This document shows, one piece after another, positions 36,705-45,870 of a stretch of DNA of 64,000 nucleotides. The stretch's first letter is position 1. Every line of letters begins with the position of its first letter. Under the pieces are notes generated by a model that saw only the letters and a program-made list of their open reading frames with translations, searched no databases and was not told the origin of the DNA. Origin of the DNA: a virus; IMG/VR virus record IMGVR_UViG_3300017971_000265, positions 13,933 through 77,932 of that record; one strand, given 5' to 3'. The position numbers and the translations under genes were made by a program.

Positions 36705-37412
36705 ATGTCTCGCAGTATTTTTAGCGATGAACTTCGAGTTCACCAATTCCATCTTATAGATGTAGATCCATCTTTTTCTTTCCCTCCCTTTGTATTAGTT
36801 CCCAATGTAGGTTTTTCTTCAATCACCATACCTGAGATTTCTATCGAGACAGAGGAGATCCAGGAGGGAACTAGTGATTTTGTTCATCACGTGTTAAAAA
36901 AAGCTTCTACCAATACTATTACTCTTTCGAGAGGATCGACTCCTTTTAATAGTGATTTTTGGCGATGGACCATGGCGTGTGTCAAGGGGACTAGCGCTTC
37001 AGGCAAAGAAAGCGTGGCCGGATTTTTAACTCAGGCGTCAACGCTTGGTTTGTTTGGCGATATCAAAATTCCTGGCAAGCGCAGGAATATGATCTTGTTA
37101 CATCTGACTGGGCTTTCTGCAGAGGGTCTTTTAGAGGCTATGGATTCAGCGAGGGGGCTGGATATGGCGAGGGGATTAGCGCTCCTCCCCTATGCTGGCT
37201 TGTCCGAAGCTTCAGGGTTGCAGTCGTCACTGACACAGGGGCTTTTAGATCTGGGGATTACTTCTATACCAGGTAAAGCCTATATGCTGTTTGGATGCTT
37301 GCCGACCCGGTATAAACCAGGTAGTGATTTTGATGCAGATACAACAGCCGTAAGTATTGAGGAGTTAGATTTGGCATATTCTCATTTTGAGCAATTTGGA
37401 GTGGGGGCATAG
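36705..37412 (+). CDS. Second tail-tube-like protein
   Basis: GFSSITIPEI...EG...ITLSRG...FDADTTAVSIEELDL. Confidence 0.75.
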   Translation: MSRSIFSDELRVHQFHLIDVDPSFSFPPFVLVPNVGFSSITIPEISIETEEIQEGTSDFVHHVLKKASTNTITLSRGSTPFNSDFWRWTMACVKGTSASGKESVAGFLTQASTLGLFGDIKIPGKRRNMILLHLTGLSAEGLLEAMDSARGLDMARGLALLPYAGLSEASGLQSSLTQGLLDLGITSIPGKAYMLFGCLPTRYKPGSDFDADTTAVSIEELDLAYSHFEQFGVGA

Positions 37413-37610
37413 ATGGGACTACGGAAAAGAGCATATCTCGCAGAAATCACCACATCGGGCGCTGTGCCCCCTCTTGTTAAGCCCTTTGCCGTCTACCGAA
37501 GAGCTTTTCCAACGACGCTGAGCGGCATTGTGGACAAGCTGACGCGATCTAAGAAACGGTTGGCCAAGAAATTCTCCAAAATGGGGCCTCCTCTTCCTCC
37601 CAAGGTTTGA
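37413..37610 (+). CDS. Small basic protein, class I leader
   Basis: MGLRKRAYLAE. Confidence 0.6.
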   Translation: MGLRKRAYLAEITTSGAVPPLVKPFAVYRRAFPTTLSGIVDKLTRSKKRLAKKFSKMGPPLPPKV

Positions 37611-37633
37611 TTGATTTTTTTTAAAACAATTCC

Positions 37634-37663
37634 TTGATCCACCTTGTTGACGTCTAGTATACT
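37634..37663 (+). promoter_or_regulatory. Sigma70-like promoter candidate
   Basis: TTGATC-18 bp-TATACT preceded by a T/A tract; GACGTC lies in the spacer. Confidence 0.45.
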
Positions 37664-37703
37664 TCTGTCATCACCCAAGGATACAGACAAAGGAGGATAC
37701 AAG

Positions 37704-37895
37704 ATGGGGCAGGATCAAGAGGTAAAATCTAATAGGAATAGCAAGGTGAGAGTGAATATGTGGTTGCCCCGGCACCAACATGATGAACTCAAACAGTTAG
37801 CTGAGTATGAGGGCAGGAGTGTGAGCGATATTATTCGACAGCTCATAGCGTCCTATCTCAGGGATAGTAGTTCTGTTGAAAAAGGAGGGCGATGA
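37704..37895 (+). CDS. Ribbon-helix-helix DNA-binding protein
   Basis: VRVNMWLP...ELKQLAEYEGRSVSDIIRQLI; SD AGGAGG. Confidence 0.8.
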   Translation: MGQDQEVKSNRNSKVRVNMWLPRHQHDELKQLAEYEGRSVSDIIRQLIASYLRDSSSVEKGGR

Positions 37896-38701
37896 TGTCG
37901 GTTCTGGATACTAAGACAATTGATGATGCGAAGGTTCCCAGTATTGAGGCAAAACTGCCTCGTGGCTATCTGTTACAGGATAGCGATGGGGTGCATGTAC
38001 TAGGTACTGCTATTTTGCGAGAGATGAGCGGTTTGGAAGAGGACATTATAGCCGATGACAAGGTATCTTTTACTAAGCGAATGCATCGGCTCGTGGGGAG
38101 TTGTTTGACGTCTCTTTCCGATGATGAGGGGCATTCGATTGTTGATCGATCAGCATTAATCAAAGCTGCTCCTCAGATGCTCATGTCGGATCTGTTGGTT
38201 TGTGCTCTTCGTATCAGAGAGGTAACTGTTGGTGACGAGTTGAGACAAATAGTGAAATGTCCAAATTGTACAACCGATGATGGACAGCCTTTCTCATGGA
38301 CGGTACGGCTAAGCCTGTCTGATTTTAAAGCTCTTCCAGCCGAGGGTGATCTGACTAAGGCGGTGAGGGAGTATACGACAAGCAGGGGGACACGTATCAC
38401 GTGGGCCATGATGACTGGCGATATGGAGTTGACGCATGAGAAGAAGAAAACGTCGAAAAATAAAGCGACGGCTGCGCTTCTGATTCGTGTCCAGACGGTA
38501 AACGATGAGCCCGCTACGATAGAGAATTTGCAAGCACTTTCATATAAGGAACGTGTCGAGATCAGGAAGCTATTTGACCAGGAGGGCGGGATAGAGACAG
38601 AGTTTGATGTTATATGTAGAGAATGTGAACATGAATTTAGGGTGCTTCTCGCAATTGGAGGTGTCAATTTTTTCGCCCCTTCGGAGACGTCAGAAGACTA
38701 G
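37892..38701 (+). CDS. Tail assembly chaperone / baseplate hub assembly protein
   Basis: LPRG, REMSGLEED, CPNC and CREC; upstream of the tape measure gene. Confidence 0.7.
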   Translation: MMSVLDTKTIDDAKVPSIEAKLPRGYLLQDSDGVHVLGTAILREMSGLEEDIIADDKVSFTKRMHRLVGSCLTSLSDDEGHSIVDRSALIKAAPQMLMSDLLVCALRIREVTVGDELRQIVKCPNCTTDDGQPFSWTVRLSLSDFKALPAEGDLTKAVREYTTSRGTRITWAMMTGDMELTHEKKKTSKNKATAALLIRVQTVNDEPATIENLQALSYKERVEIRKLFDQEGGIETEFDVICRECEHEFRVLLAIGGVNFFAPSETSED

Positions 38702-38832
38702 AGAAGGAAGTGTTTTATATGATGAGCGAATTACATCTTCCTTATGAAAGTGCGATGTCAATGCCGTCTTCGCGTAGACACAGAGCGATCCAGGAACATC
38801 TCGAATACATAGCGAGATTGAATAAATCATAG
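38668..38832 (+). CDS. -1 frameshift extension of the tail chaperone
   Basis: Slippery T TTT TTC at 38668-38674; -1 frame open to TAG at 38830-38832 (...LEKEVFYMMSELHLPYESAMSMPSSRR...). Confidence 0.7.
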   Translation, partial: FFRPFGDVRRLEKEVFYMMSELHLPYESAMSMPSSRRHRAIQEHLEYIARLNKS

Positions 38833-38845
38833 TAAGGAGAAGGCC

Positions 38846-38911
38846 ATGTTGAGAAAAAAGTGGATGTTGCCAGTGGTTAGGAATTGTTGTGCCGGTAGCT
38901 GTTTCAGATGA
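38846..38911 (+). CDS. 21-aa Cys-rich peptide
   Basis: SD AAGGAG; MLRKKWMLPVVRNCCAGSCFR; ATGA overlap with the next gene. Confidence 0.5.
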   Translation: MLRKKWMLPVVRNCCAGSCFR

Positions 38912-39273
38912 AGCTTTTTCTCTTCTTGTCTATAGGTTTTTCGATTACCAATGCGGTGGTTTTTCTCCACGTTTTTCATTGGTTGAGGAGGGCCGTTTCG
39001 GGCCTATCCGATCATGATTTTTACGAGATGGTACAGAAGAAGAGAGGGCGTAGTGTTGGGTTTCGTACCTCATATCTGGGTCGCCTAGTGAGATGCCATG
39101 CCTGTGTAGGGTTTTGGATCGGTGTTTTCTTGTCACTTATCTCTGGTAGTTTTATAAATGAATATATGTCTTTGTCATTTCCGATAGACGTCGTTGCAGA
39201 TGGGCTCTTAATGTCTGGATTCAATTTCGTTGTTTGGGTAATATTGAAAAGGCACGGAGCAACGGAGTTATAG
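38908..39273 (+). CDS. Membrane protein, DUF1360-like
   Basis: Three hydrophobic segments; LGRLVRCHACVGFW. Confidence 0.55.
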   Translation: MKLFLFLSIGFSITNAVVFLHVFHWLRRAVSGLSDHDFYEMVQKKRGRSVGFRTSYLGRLVRCHACVGFWIGVFLSLISGSFINEYMSLSFPIDVVADGLLMSGFNFVVWVILKRHGATEL

Positions 39274-42200
39274 ATGGCACGTAATTTTGAAGGGCTCGGA
39301 ATTGGTATTGAGGCCGAAGACGACGGGTCGGAAAAGAAATTACAGGGCCTATCTGATACGGTTAATAACCTGTGGGGTGGTTTGAAGAAAGCTAGTGGGT
39401 TAGCTCCTACTCTGGGACGTAAGCTTGGACGGGGATTGGGACGGATGGGGCAGCAGGGAGCGAAGACGGTTGGGCTCGTCACTACGGCGATTGGGGGGAT
39501 GATCGATAAGGCGATGAGTCCCGAGTTGGACACCGCATATTCATCGATGTTTACTGGTTTCAACAAGTCGTTTTCAGCGATGGTTGCGGGGATGAAGATT
39601 TCTGAGAAAGAGATGAAGGAGGCACGCAAGATCATTGGGGGTGCAGCATTTGGTATGGCCGAAGATATGGAGGGGACTGCAAAGAGTTGGGCAGCCTTTC
39701 GGCAACAAAATGTCGATCTTATCAAGGTGTTGGGAGCAGATGGATTAAGTGGGGCAGTTAAGGATCTAATCAAGGTGACGTCTGTATTTGATATGGAGGG
39801 GGAGCAGCTTGCTATCATAGCTGGCGGGTTAACAAAGGGGTTTGGTTTTACCGAGGAGGCAGTGGGTAGTCTGGCCGATAAGATAGTTGCGGTAGGTCGT
39901 GAATTCAATATTGGACGAGAGGCCCTTCAGGCATGGCCCGCCATCTTTGAATCCATAAACAATGAGATGGCTGCGTTTGGAAAGCAGCTTAGTCCAGAAG
40001 AGGTAGAGAATCTAACCCTGTCTATTGTTCAACTAGGTGGTGGGTTACAGGAGTCTCTTGGTGTAGGAGCGCAACAGAGCTTAGAGATTGCGCGTACACT
40101 GTTTACTACCTTGATTGGAGAGCGAAAAAATATTCATCAGATGTTCGTTGGGATGGGTGGAGAATTTGGAGAAGTGGCCAAAAATCTGATGGAGACGGGA
40201 GGAGACGTCAATAAGGTTTTTGAAATGATAACCAAGGGCGATCCTCTTAAGTTTATGGATATGTTGAGGGAGATGGGAAGAGAGGCTAAGGCAAGGGGGG
40301 GAGAGACGGGAATTGCATTTGAGCGCATGGCTCATGTGATGGATAGTGCATTAGGTGCTGATGTAGCCTGGGCCGTGAAGGGGAATTGGGACAAGGTGAG
40401 TGAGACGATGGCCAATATGCCCGGTGTAATTGCTGGAGCTAAGGGCACCCTAAAGGAAGTGGCTGATGCTCACTGGAAATCGACTATTACGGCGGGGGAA
40501 GCTTGGGATCGGATGATGCAGACTATGAAGGCTCAGCTTTTTAGGTTGAGTAATAAAGAAATTCGGGCTTGGCAAAAGAACATGAAGCGGGGTTTTAAGA
40601 CTACGTTTGGAGTAATTAGTGATTTTGCCAAAGACAAAGGTCCGCTTGGCGAATTAACGAGAAGACTGCTTGCTGTGCAGCGCGTAGGTCTTTCTGCACT
40701 TATTCCGGGCCTCAGTTCTTTGGCTCCACTATTAGGAGGTATCGCAACGAGTGCATTGCCCGTTCTGACAGCTTTGGGGGCGATGGGAATGAGGTTTAGT
40801 GATCTGGGTAAGTTTGCAATTGCCGGTGGTGGATTATGGTTAGTTTTCAAGTTGCTGACTGATGGTCCAGACAAAGTTATTGAACAGTTCTCGAATATGA
40901 AAGAAAAAATTAAGGAAGTTTTTGAGAAGCGATTTATCGACAATAAAAAATTCAAAAAGAATTTTCCCGATACGCATGCATGGTTAAAAAGTACCTATGA
41001 AGATATTCAGACCAAAGGGTTGATACAGGTAATTAAGGATAAGTTCAAAGAGATAAAATGGGGCGAATTATGGGGGACCGTGTGGGGAACGAGCGAACAA
41101 GTCCTTCGTAGTATAGGAAAGTTTTTGGCAGACGTCGATTGGGCCGGTATTGTCAAAACTGCTTTTACATATATTGGTAGAGGTATATCTGCACTTGGGG
41201 GTGCGATCTGGGGATCGATATTTGGCGAGGAAGCAGAACAAGGTGCGGTCGGATCAATACAGCGTTTGTTAGAAGATGCCTTTAGGGGAGCAATAGATAT
41301 TGTTAAAAAGACAGTGAAGGGAGCCATAACTGGTCTGTGGGAATCTGTTTTTGATCCCGAATCTATCAGTGGAACGCTGAAGAATGTTGTTAAATTAGTA
41401 ACGGGGACGTTTGCTACGCTTCTTGTTTTGTCCAAATCTTTTCGTGCCAAAATGATGGGTATTGCTGGGAGCGGTATTAGTAGAGTAATGACGCCACCGA
41501 TGGGAGGGGCCGGAGCCTTTTTTGGGGGTGTCCCCCTGTCTGGTCTAGGCGTAGGAGCAGCGGGAAAGGGTATGTTGGGTGCGGGAAAGGCAGGGCTTGG
41601 TAAAGCATTGGGAGGGGCGAAGGCGGTTGGTAAAATGATGGCTCCTATCGGTGCTTTGATGGGAGCTATGGAAGCTGCTAATCAAGTCTCTATTAGGGCG
41701 CAGACTATTTCTGAAATATCCACTTCAAAAATACTTTCTGATCAAGAAAAGATGGCGCTTAAGAGCGAGGAAGCATTTAAGGGGGTGACGTCTACTATTG
41801 ATTCTATGTTTATGGGCCTCCCCTCTTTAATAGGGAGGATGTTGGGTATTTCAAGCGACGATCTGAGTGATTTTTATCAACACACTGTTGCTACTGTTGA
41901 GGCGCAAATTAGTACGATTGTTGGGTTTTTTGGGTTCTTGAAAGATGCTGCTTGGGATTCTTTCAAATGGGTAGGATCAAAATTGACGCAGCTTTGGGTG
42001 TGGATTGGTGAAAAGGTCAATAGCGGTCTTGGGTATGTTGTAGGTAAGATCTATGATTTTGGTGAGATGGTTCATAAGGGGATGAGCAAATTAGCGAGCT
42101 GGATAATGTATCCATTTGAATGGCTCGGATTCAAACTGAAAGGCTGGATTGCGGAAGTTATTGAGGGCATGTTTGGAACAGAGCAAGCTCCTACATGGCT

Positions 42201-42888
42201 TGGTGATATTGTTAAAAAGTTTGGTGATGAGGAAACTTTTGCCAAAATTTCTGATACGGTTAAACAACTACGCAAAGAACAGCGTCAATTCTTGGGAGGA
42301 GAAAAAACTTTTACGGATGCCTATGAAAAAAAAATGAAGGCGTCCGATGAAGAGACACATGATCTTTGGGAAGGTATGAGAGAAACGGCAACGTTTATTT
42401 CTGATACTGTCGAGGGTGGGCTTGGTAAGGCTGGAAAAGCAGCTGAAGATATTGCTGATAAATCGGCAGCTAATTTAGGGGGGGCATGGAGCAAGTTTAC
42501 AGGAGATGTCGTCGAGTATAGTTCGGCTTCCTATGCCGAGGCTGATAAGGCGATAAGAGCTAGGGCTAAACATGCGAGGGGGCAAACTAGGATGACTGCG
42601 ACTGAGGAGGTGGAAGAAACAGCGGCGAAACCGAAGGGGGGGGGGAGAAATATACCTAGTGCTGAGGAAAGAGCAAAGAGGAAGCAGGAGAAGAAGGATG
42701 CGGTAGCATTGGAGGAAGTGATTCGTAAACAAGAAGGTATAGCCGAAGATTTGGGAAGGTTTATTAAGACTCCAATTGTGATAGAGAATTATCTAAAAGT
42801 GGATAAAAAAGTCTTGGCCAAAAGTGTTGATCAGGTTTCATTGTCAGGGGCTGCTAGAAGTGGCAGAGCGGTAGGAGGGGTGAAATGA
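39274..42888 (+). CDS. Tape measure protein
   Basis: 1204 aa, Ala/Gly-rich helical with periodic W/F; follows the chaperone. Confidence 0.85.
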   Translation: MARNFEGLGIGIEAEDDGSEKKLQGLSDTVNNLWGGLKKASGLAPTLGRKLGRGLGRMGQQGAKTVGLVTTAIGGMIDKAMSPELDTAYSSMFTGFNKSFSAMVAGMKISEKEMKEARKIIGGAAFGMAEDMEGTAKSWAAFRQQNVDLIKVLGADGLSGAVKDLIKVTSVFDMEGEQLAIIAGGLTKGFGFTEEAVGSLADKIVAVGREFNIGREALQAWPAIFESINNEMAAFGKQLSPEEVENLTLSIVQLGGGLQESLGVGAQQSLEIARTLFTTLIGERKNIHQMFVGMGGEFGEVAKNLMETGGDVNKVFEMITKGDPLKFMDMLREMGREAKARGGETGIAFERMAHVMDSALGADVAWAVKGNWDKVSETMANMPGVIAGAKGTLKEVADAHWKSTITAGEAWDRMMQTMKAQLFRLSNKEIRAWQKNMKRGFKTTFGVISDFAKDKGPLGELTRRLLAVQRVGLSALIPGLSSLAPLLGGIATSALPVLTALGAMGMRFSDLGKFAIAGGGLWLVFKLLTDGPDKVIEQFSNMKEKIKEVFEKRFIDNKKFKKNFPDTHAWLKSTYEDIQTKGLIQVIKDKFKEIKWGELWGTVWGTSEQVLRSIGKFLADVDWAGIVKTAFTYIGRGISALGGAIWGSIFGEEAEQGAVGSIQRLLEDAFRGAIDIVKKTVKGAITGLWESVFDPESISGTLKNVVKLVTGTFATLLVLSKSFRAKMMGIAGSGISRVMTPPMGGAGAFFGGVPLSGLGVGAAGKGMLGAGKAGLGKALGGAKAVGKMMAPIGALMGAMEAANQVSIRAQTISEISTSKILSDQEKMALKSEEAFKGVTSTIDSMFMGLPSLIGRMLGISSDDLSDFYQHTVATVEAQISTIVGFFGFLKDAAWDSFKWVGSKLTQLWVWIGEKVNSGLGYVVGKIYDFGEMVHKGMSKLASWIMYPFEWLGFKLKGWIAEVIEGMFGTEQAPTWLGDIVKKFGDEETFAKISDTVKQLRKEQRQFLGGEKTFTDAYEKKMKASDEETHDLWEGMRETATFISDTVEGGLGKAGKAAEDIADKSAANLGGAWSKFTGDVVEYSSASYAEADKAIRARAKHARGQTRMTATEEVEETAAKPKGGGRNIPSAEERAKRKQEKKDAVALEEVIRKQEGIAEDLGRFIKTPIVIENYLKVDKKVLAKSVDQVSLSGAARSGRAVGGVK

Positions 42889-43187
42889 CGGTTAGAATTA
42901 GAAGGGGGAGTTCGAGGTTGGTACATTCCACATTAGTCGTCATTGATGGCGTAGAGTTTTGGACCAGGCCGAATCTGCCAGAGTTGACTCCTTCCAGTAT
43001 GGATAAACAGCATCTTGTTGCAGATCCTGAGCGAATCGATTCTATCGCTAATGCTCGTTACAAAAGGGATGATTGGTGGTGGGTCTTGGCTCACCGCAAT
43101 GATCTCAGATTGTTGCCCAGTGCGCTCATTCCGGGACAATCAATTATCGTTACCGATGTGACGCAGGTTCGCAGGGAGTTATTCTAG
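42885..43187 (+). CDS. LysM-like / gp53-like baseplate protein
   Basis: ERIDSIANARY...WWVLAHRN...PGQSI. Confidence 0.7.
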   Translation: MTVRIRRGSSRLVHSTLVVIDGVEFWTRPNLPELTPSSMDKQHLVADPERIDSIANARYKRDDWWWVLAHRNDLRLLPSALIPGQSIIVTDVTQVRRELF

Positions 43188-44563
43188 TGGCCTTTCGTAG
43201 TGTTTTTGTCGATGCGAAAATTGCTAATCCAAAGACTGGAAGGGCCATTTCGCTTAACGTTATCAATGGGATAGATACAATTCCTTATCTTCAGAGTGTA
43301 CAGATATCATTGGTACGTGGAATTGCCTCGGAAATGTCTGTTGTTTTTGCTCCACCTTATGAGAAGGCCCTTGAATTGATTTCTGTAGACAATGAATGGT
43401 TTCATGTCGGCAATACATTAGGAATACGGTGGGGGTATTCGGATATTAGTGGGGCAATGTCTGATTGGCACTATGGATTTATGTTGCGACCAGAGGTTTC
43501 TTTTGGCGAGGAGATCACTGTAACAATTCCAGCCACCACATTGGCGTTTCAAGCTGATCGTTTGGGACGTCTTCGGGACTGGGCAGCTGATGGTCCGACG
43601 AATTTTAAAACAATTGCAGAAACAATTGCTAAGCGATACGGGATGGAGGTGGAGTTTAAAATAAGGAATTCGGCAGTTGAAACACTTGCCGAGTATTATC
43701 GGGACTCATTTGTTCAGGGAGGACGGACTGATTTGCAATTCCTAACATTGGAGGCAGAGAAGGTAGGGTTGCGATTAGTGATTCAGAATCAAAAATTTAT
43801 TTTTGCAGATCCAGCGGCAACATATCATGACGATATTAAGACCAGTGCGAATTTTCGCATGTATGGCAAAATTGATATTGCGAAAAACGAGTTTCCGCTT
43901 ATGTCTTTTACTCCTACCAGTTTGGGAACTTTGTTTCTTCAGGATTTTCAAGGGGTAGGCACTGTGCCCAATGGTCCCAATGATGATCCCGAGGCAGATT
44001 CAGGTATAGTTGTTTCTGCCGATACCGATACAAAAAATGTTTCTCCCTCTTTTTCTGCGAAGAAGACACAGGCTGCGCCTCCCTCAGAGGATGGTCAACC
44101 CCCACGGGATATGGGCGACGTCAAGGTTAAGTCAATAATTGCTAAGCGGGAAAATGAAGATGAAGCAGGTCGGCACTTTTATTTTCCGCGTGATGGGAAA
44201 GAGCCGAGTGACATCATAGAAGCCCAAGTGTCTGCGTATAGGGAGGCTCAGGAGGCGGGGCATGGCATTTTGGTCGATTTCTCTGCTTTTGCACTACCTC
44301 ACCTTTTGCCTGGAATGTTTGTGGGAATAGCAGGGGTGGGCGACTATTTTACCGGGAATTATATGTTGAATAAGGTGGATCTAAAAGTGGAAGCTGGAGG
44401 GGCCGATATGGATTGTGAAGCTTTTGCCAGGGGATTTCCAGGTGTCGACGAATCATTGGATGTGTTTAGTGGGAATTTCTATAGTTACGAAGAGGTCTCT
44501 GAGGGGACTTTGCTGGACTTTTTAGATCAGTCGATAACGGCCACTGAGGGGGAAATGGGATAA
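43187..44563 (+). CDS. Baseplate hub protein (gp27 / P2 gpD-like)
   Basis: GIRWGY, QGGRTDLQFL, LLPG...GVGDYFTGNY. Confidence 0.75.
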   Translation: MAFRSVFVDAKIANPKTGRAISLNVINGIDTIPYLQSVQISLVRGIASEMSVVFAPPYEKALELISVDNEWFHVGNTLGIRWGYSDISGAMSDWHYGFMLRPEVSFGEEITVTIPATTLAFQADRLGRLRDWAADGPTNFKTIAETIAKRYGMEVEFKIRNSAVETLAEYYRDSFVQGGRTDLQFLTLEAEKVGLRLVIQNQKFIFADPAATYHDDIKTSANFRMYGKIDIAKNEFPLMSFTPTSLGTLFLQDFQGVGTVPNGPNDDPEADSGIVVSADTDTKNVSPSFSAKKTQAAPPSEDGQPPRDMGDVKVKSIIAKRENEDEAGRHFYFPRDGKEPSDIIEAQVSAYREAQEAGHGILVDFSAFALPHLLPGMFVGIAGVGDYFTGNYMLNKVDLKVEAGGADMDCEAFARGFPGVDESLDVFSGNFYSYEEVSEGTLLDFLDQSITATEGEMG

Positions 44564-45492
44564 TGGGAGTCTTGTTTCGGAATTTTTTAGATAACCTTCT
44601 CCAGCATGGCTTGGAGTATTTTCAGCTCTACTATTCGGAGTATGACGGGGTATGTGTCAACAACGAAGATCCCGAGGAGCAGGGGCGCATAAAAGTAAAG
44701 GTGCCACAGGTGGGAGGGAATAAGCCGTTGGGAGCGTGGGCGTGGCCGAGACCCCTGTGGGGTGGCAGAAATAAGGGGTCTTTTTTCCCCCCAGACGTCG
44801 GTGATCCCGTGGGAGTTACGTTTAGGGGTGGGAATCCGTCCTATCCTCGATATTCTGGTGGATCATGGCCCAATGTGGGGGGGAGCGATAATTTTTATCC
44901 CATTGGTGGATATGTTGATGGAAAGCCGGTTGTTCGAGGTTTTCGTACCAAGGCTGGACATGAACTGACATTTAGCGATGAGGAGGGGAAGCCTGGATGC
45001 AAATTTATTTGGCACGATCCAGTTAGTGATAGGTACAGTTTTATCGCCTTTACCGAAGATGGCAGTATCCAGATGGCTACACATGTTGGATCGTTCTTGG
45101 AGATGCGAGCCAAAGAAGATGGTGAGTTGAATATGTTGGTGGATAAGAATGGAAATTCCATTATTCAGGATCAGGATGGAATCAAAGTGGTAGATGCGAG
45201 TGGGAATGTGTTTGAGTTAAGGGAGGGTATGGTTCAGATCATTGGAACAAAGGATGTTGTGGTAAATTCGCAAAGCGTCAATCTGAAGACGGGAGGTGTG
45301 ACAGTGGGGGATGTGGCAACGGATAGTGCGGTCAAGGGGACGTCGTGGCTCGCGTGGTGGACCGGCACGGTTCTCACCTGGCTCTTGGCGCATACTCATC
45401 CAACAGGGGTAGGGCCGAGTGGGCCACCAGCTCCTCCTGTGTTGCAACCTCCATCTCCAACATTGTTGACGGACAAATTGAAGATGCAATGA
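44563..45492 (+). CDS. Baseplate spike (gp5/gpV-like)
   Basis: DPEEQGRIKVKVP, FFPPDVGD.V.V.F..G.P OB fold; C-terminal HTH motif. Confidence 0.88.
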   Translation: MGVLFRNFLDNLLQHGLEYFQLYYSEYDGVCVNNEDPEEQGRIKVKVPQVGGNKPLGAWAWPRPLWGGRNKGSFFPPDVGDPVGVTFRGGNPSYPRYSGGSWPNVGGSDNFYPIGGYVDGKPVVRGFRTKAGHELTFSDEEGKPGCKFIWHDPVSDRYSFIAFTEDGSIQMATHVGSFLEMRAKEDGELNMLVDKNGNSIIQDQDGIKVVDASGNVFELREGMVQIIGTKDVVVNSQSVNLKTGGVTVGDVATDSAVKGTSWLAWWTGTVLTWLLAHTHPTGVGPSGPPAPPVLQPPSPTLLTDKLKMQ

Positions 45493-45501
45493 GAATAAGA
45501 G

Positions 45502-45864
45502 ATGAGCAGATGTACATTTCCCCCATTTCCTCCCTCGATAGGTTTGCCGGGAATTCCTGCGGCACCAAGCCCTCCGGGGATACCAAGTGTTCCCACCATG
45601 CCATCTCGACCTACATTTGCGGTAGACGTTTCTGTTCCCCCATTTCCTCCCTCGATAGGTTTGCCGGGAATTCCTGCGGCACCAAGCCCTCCGGGGATAC
45701 CAAGTGTTCCCACCATGCCATCTCGGCCTACATTTGCGGTAGATGTTTCTGTCCCCCCATTTCCTCCCTCGATAGGTTTGCCGGGAATTCCTGCGGCACC
45801 AAGCCTTCCGGGGATACCAAGTGTCCCCACCATGCCATCTCTGCCGGGTTGTCCCATCGATTAG
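45502..45864 (+). CDS. Proline-rich repeat protein
   Basis: 39-aa repeat; Cys near both ends. Confidence 0.6.
   Translation: MSRCTFPPFPPSIGLPGIPAAPSPPGIPSVPTMPSRPTFAVDVSVPPFPPSIGLPGIPAAPSPPGIPSVPTMPSRPTFAVDVSVPPFPPSIGLPGIPAAPSLPGIPSVPTMPSLPGCPID
45520..45841 (+). repeat. 117-bp tandem repeat, about 2.75 copies
   Basis: Units start at 45520, 45637, 45754. Confidence 0.95.
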
Positions 45865-45870
45865 GGGGAT

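Noticed and set aside
45396-45857. Collagen-like minus-strand ORF
   Set aside because: Antisense shadow of the Pro-rich repeat gene in an all-plus operon.
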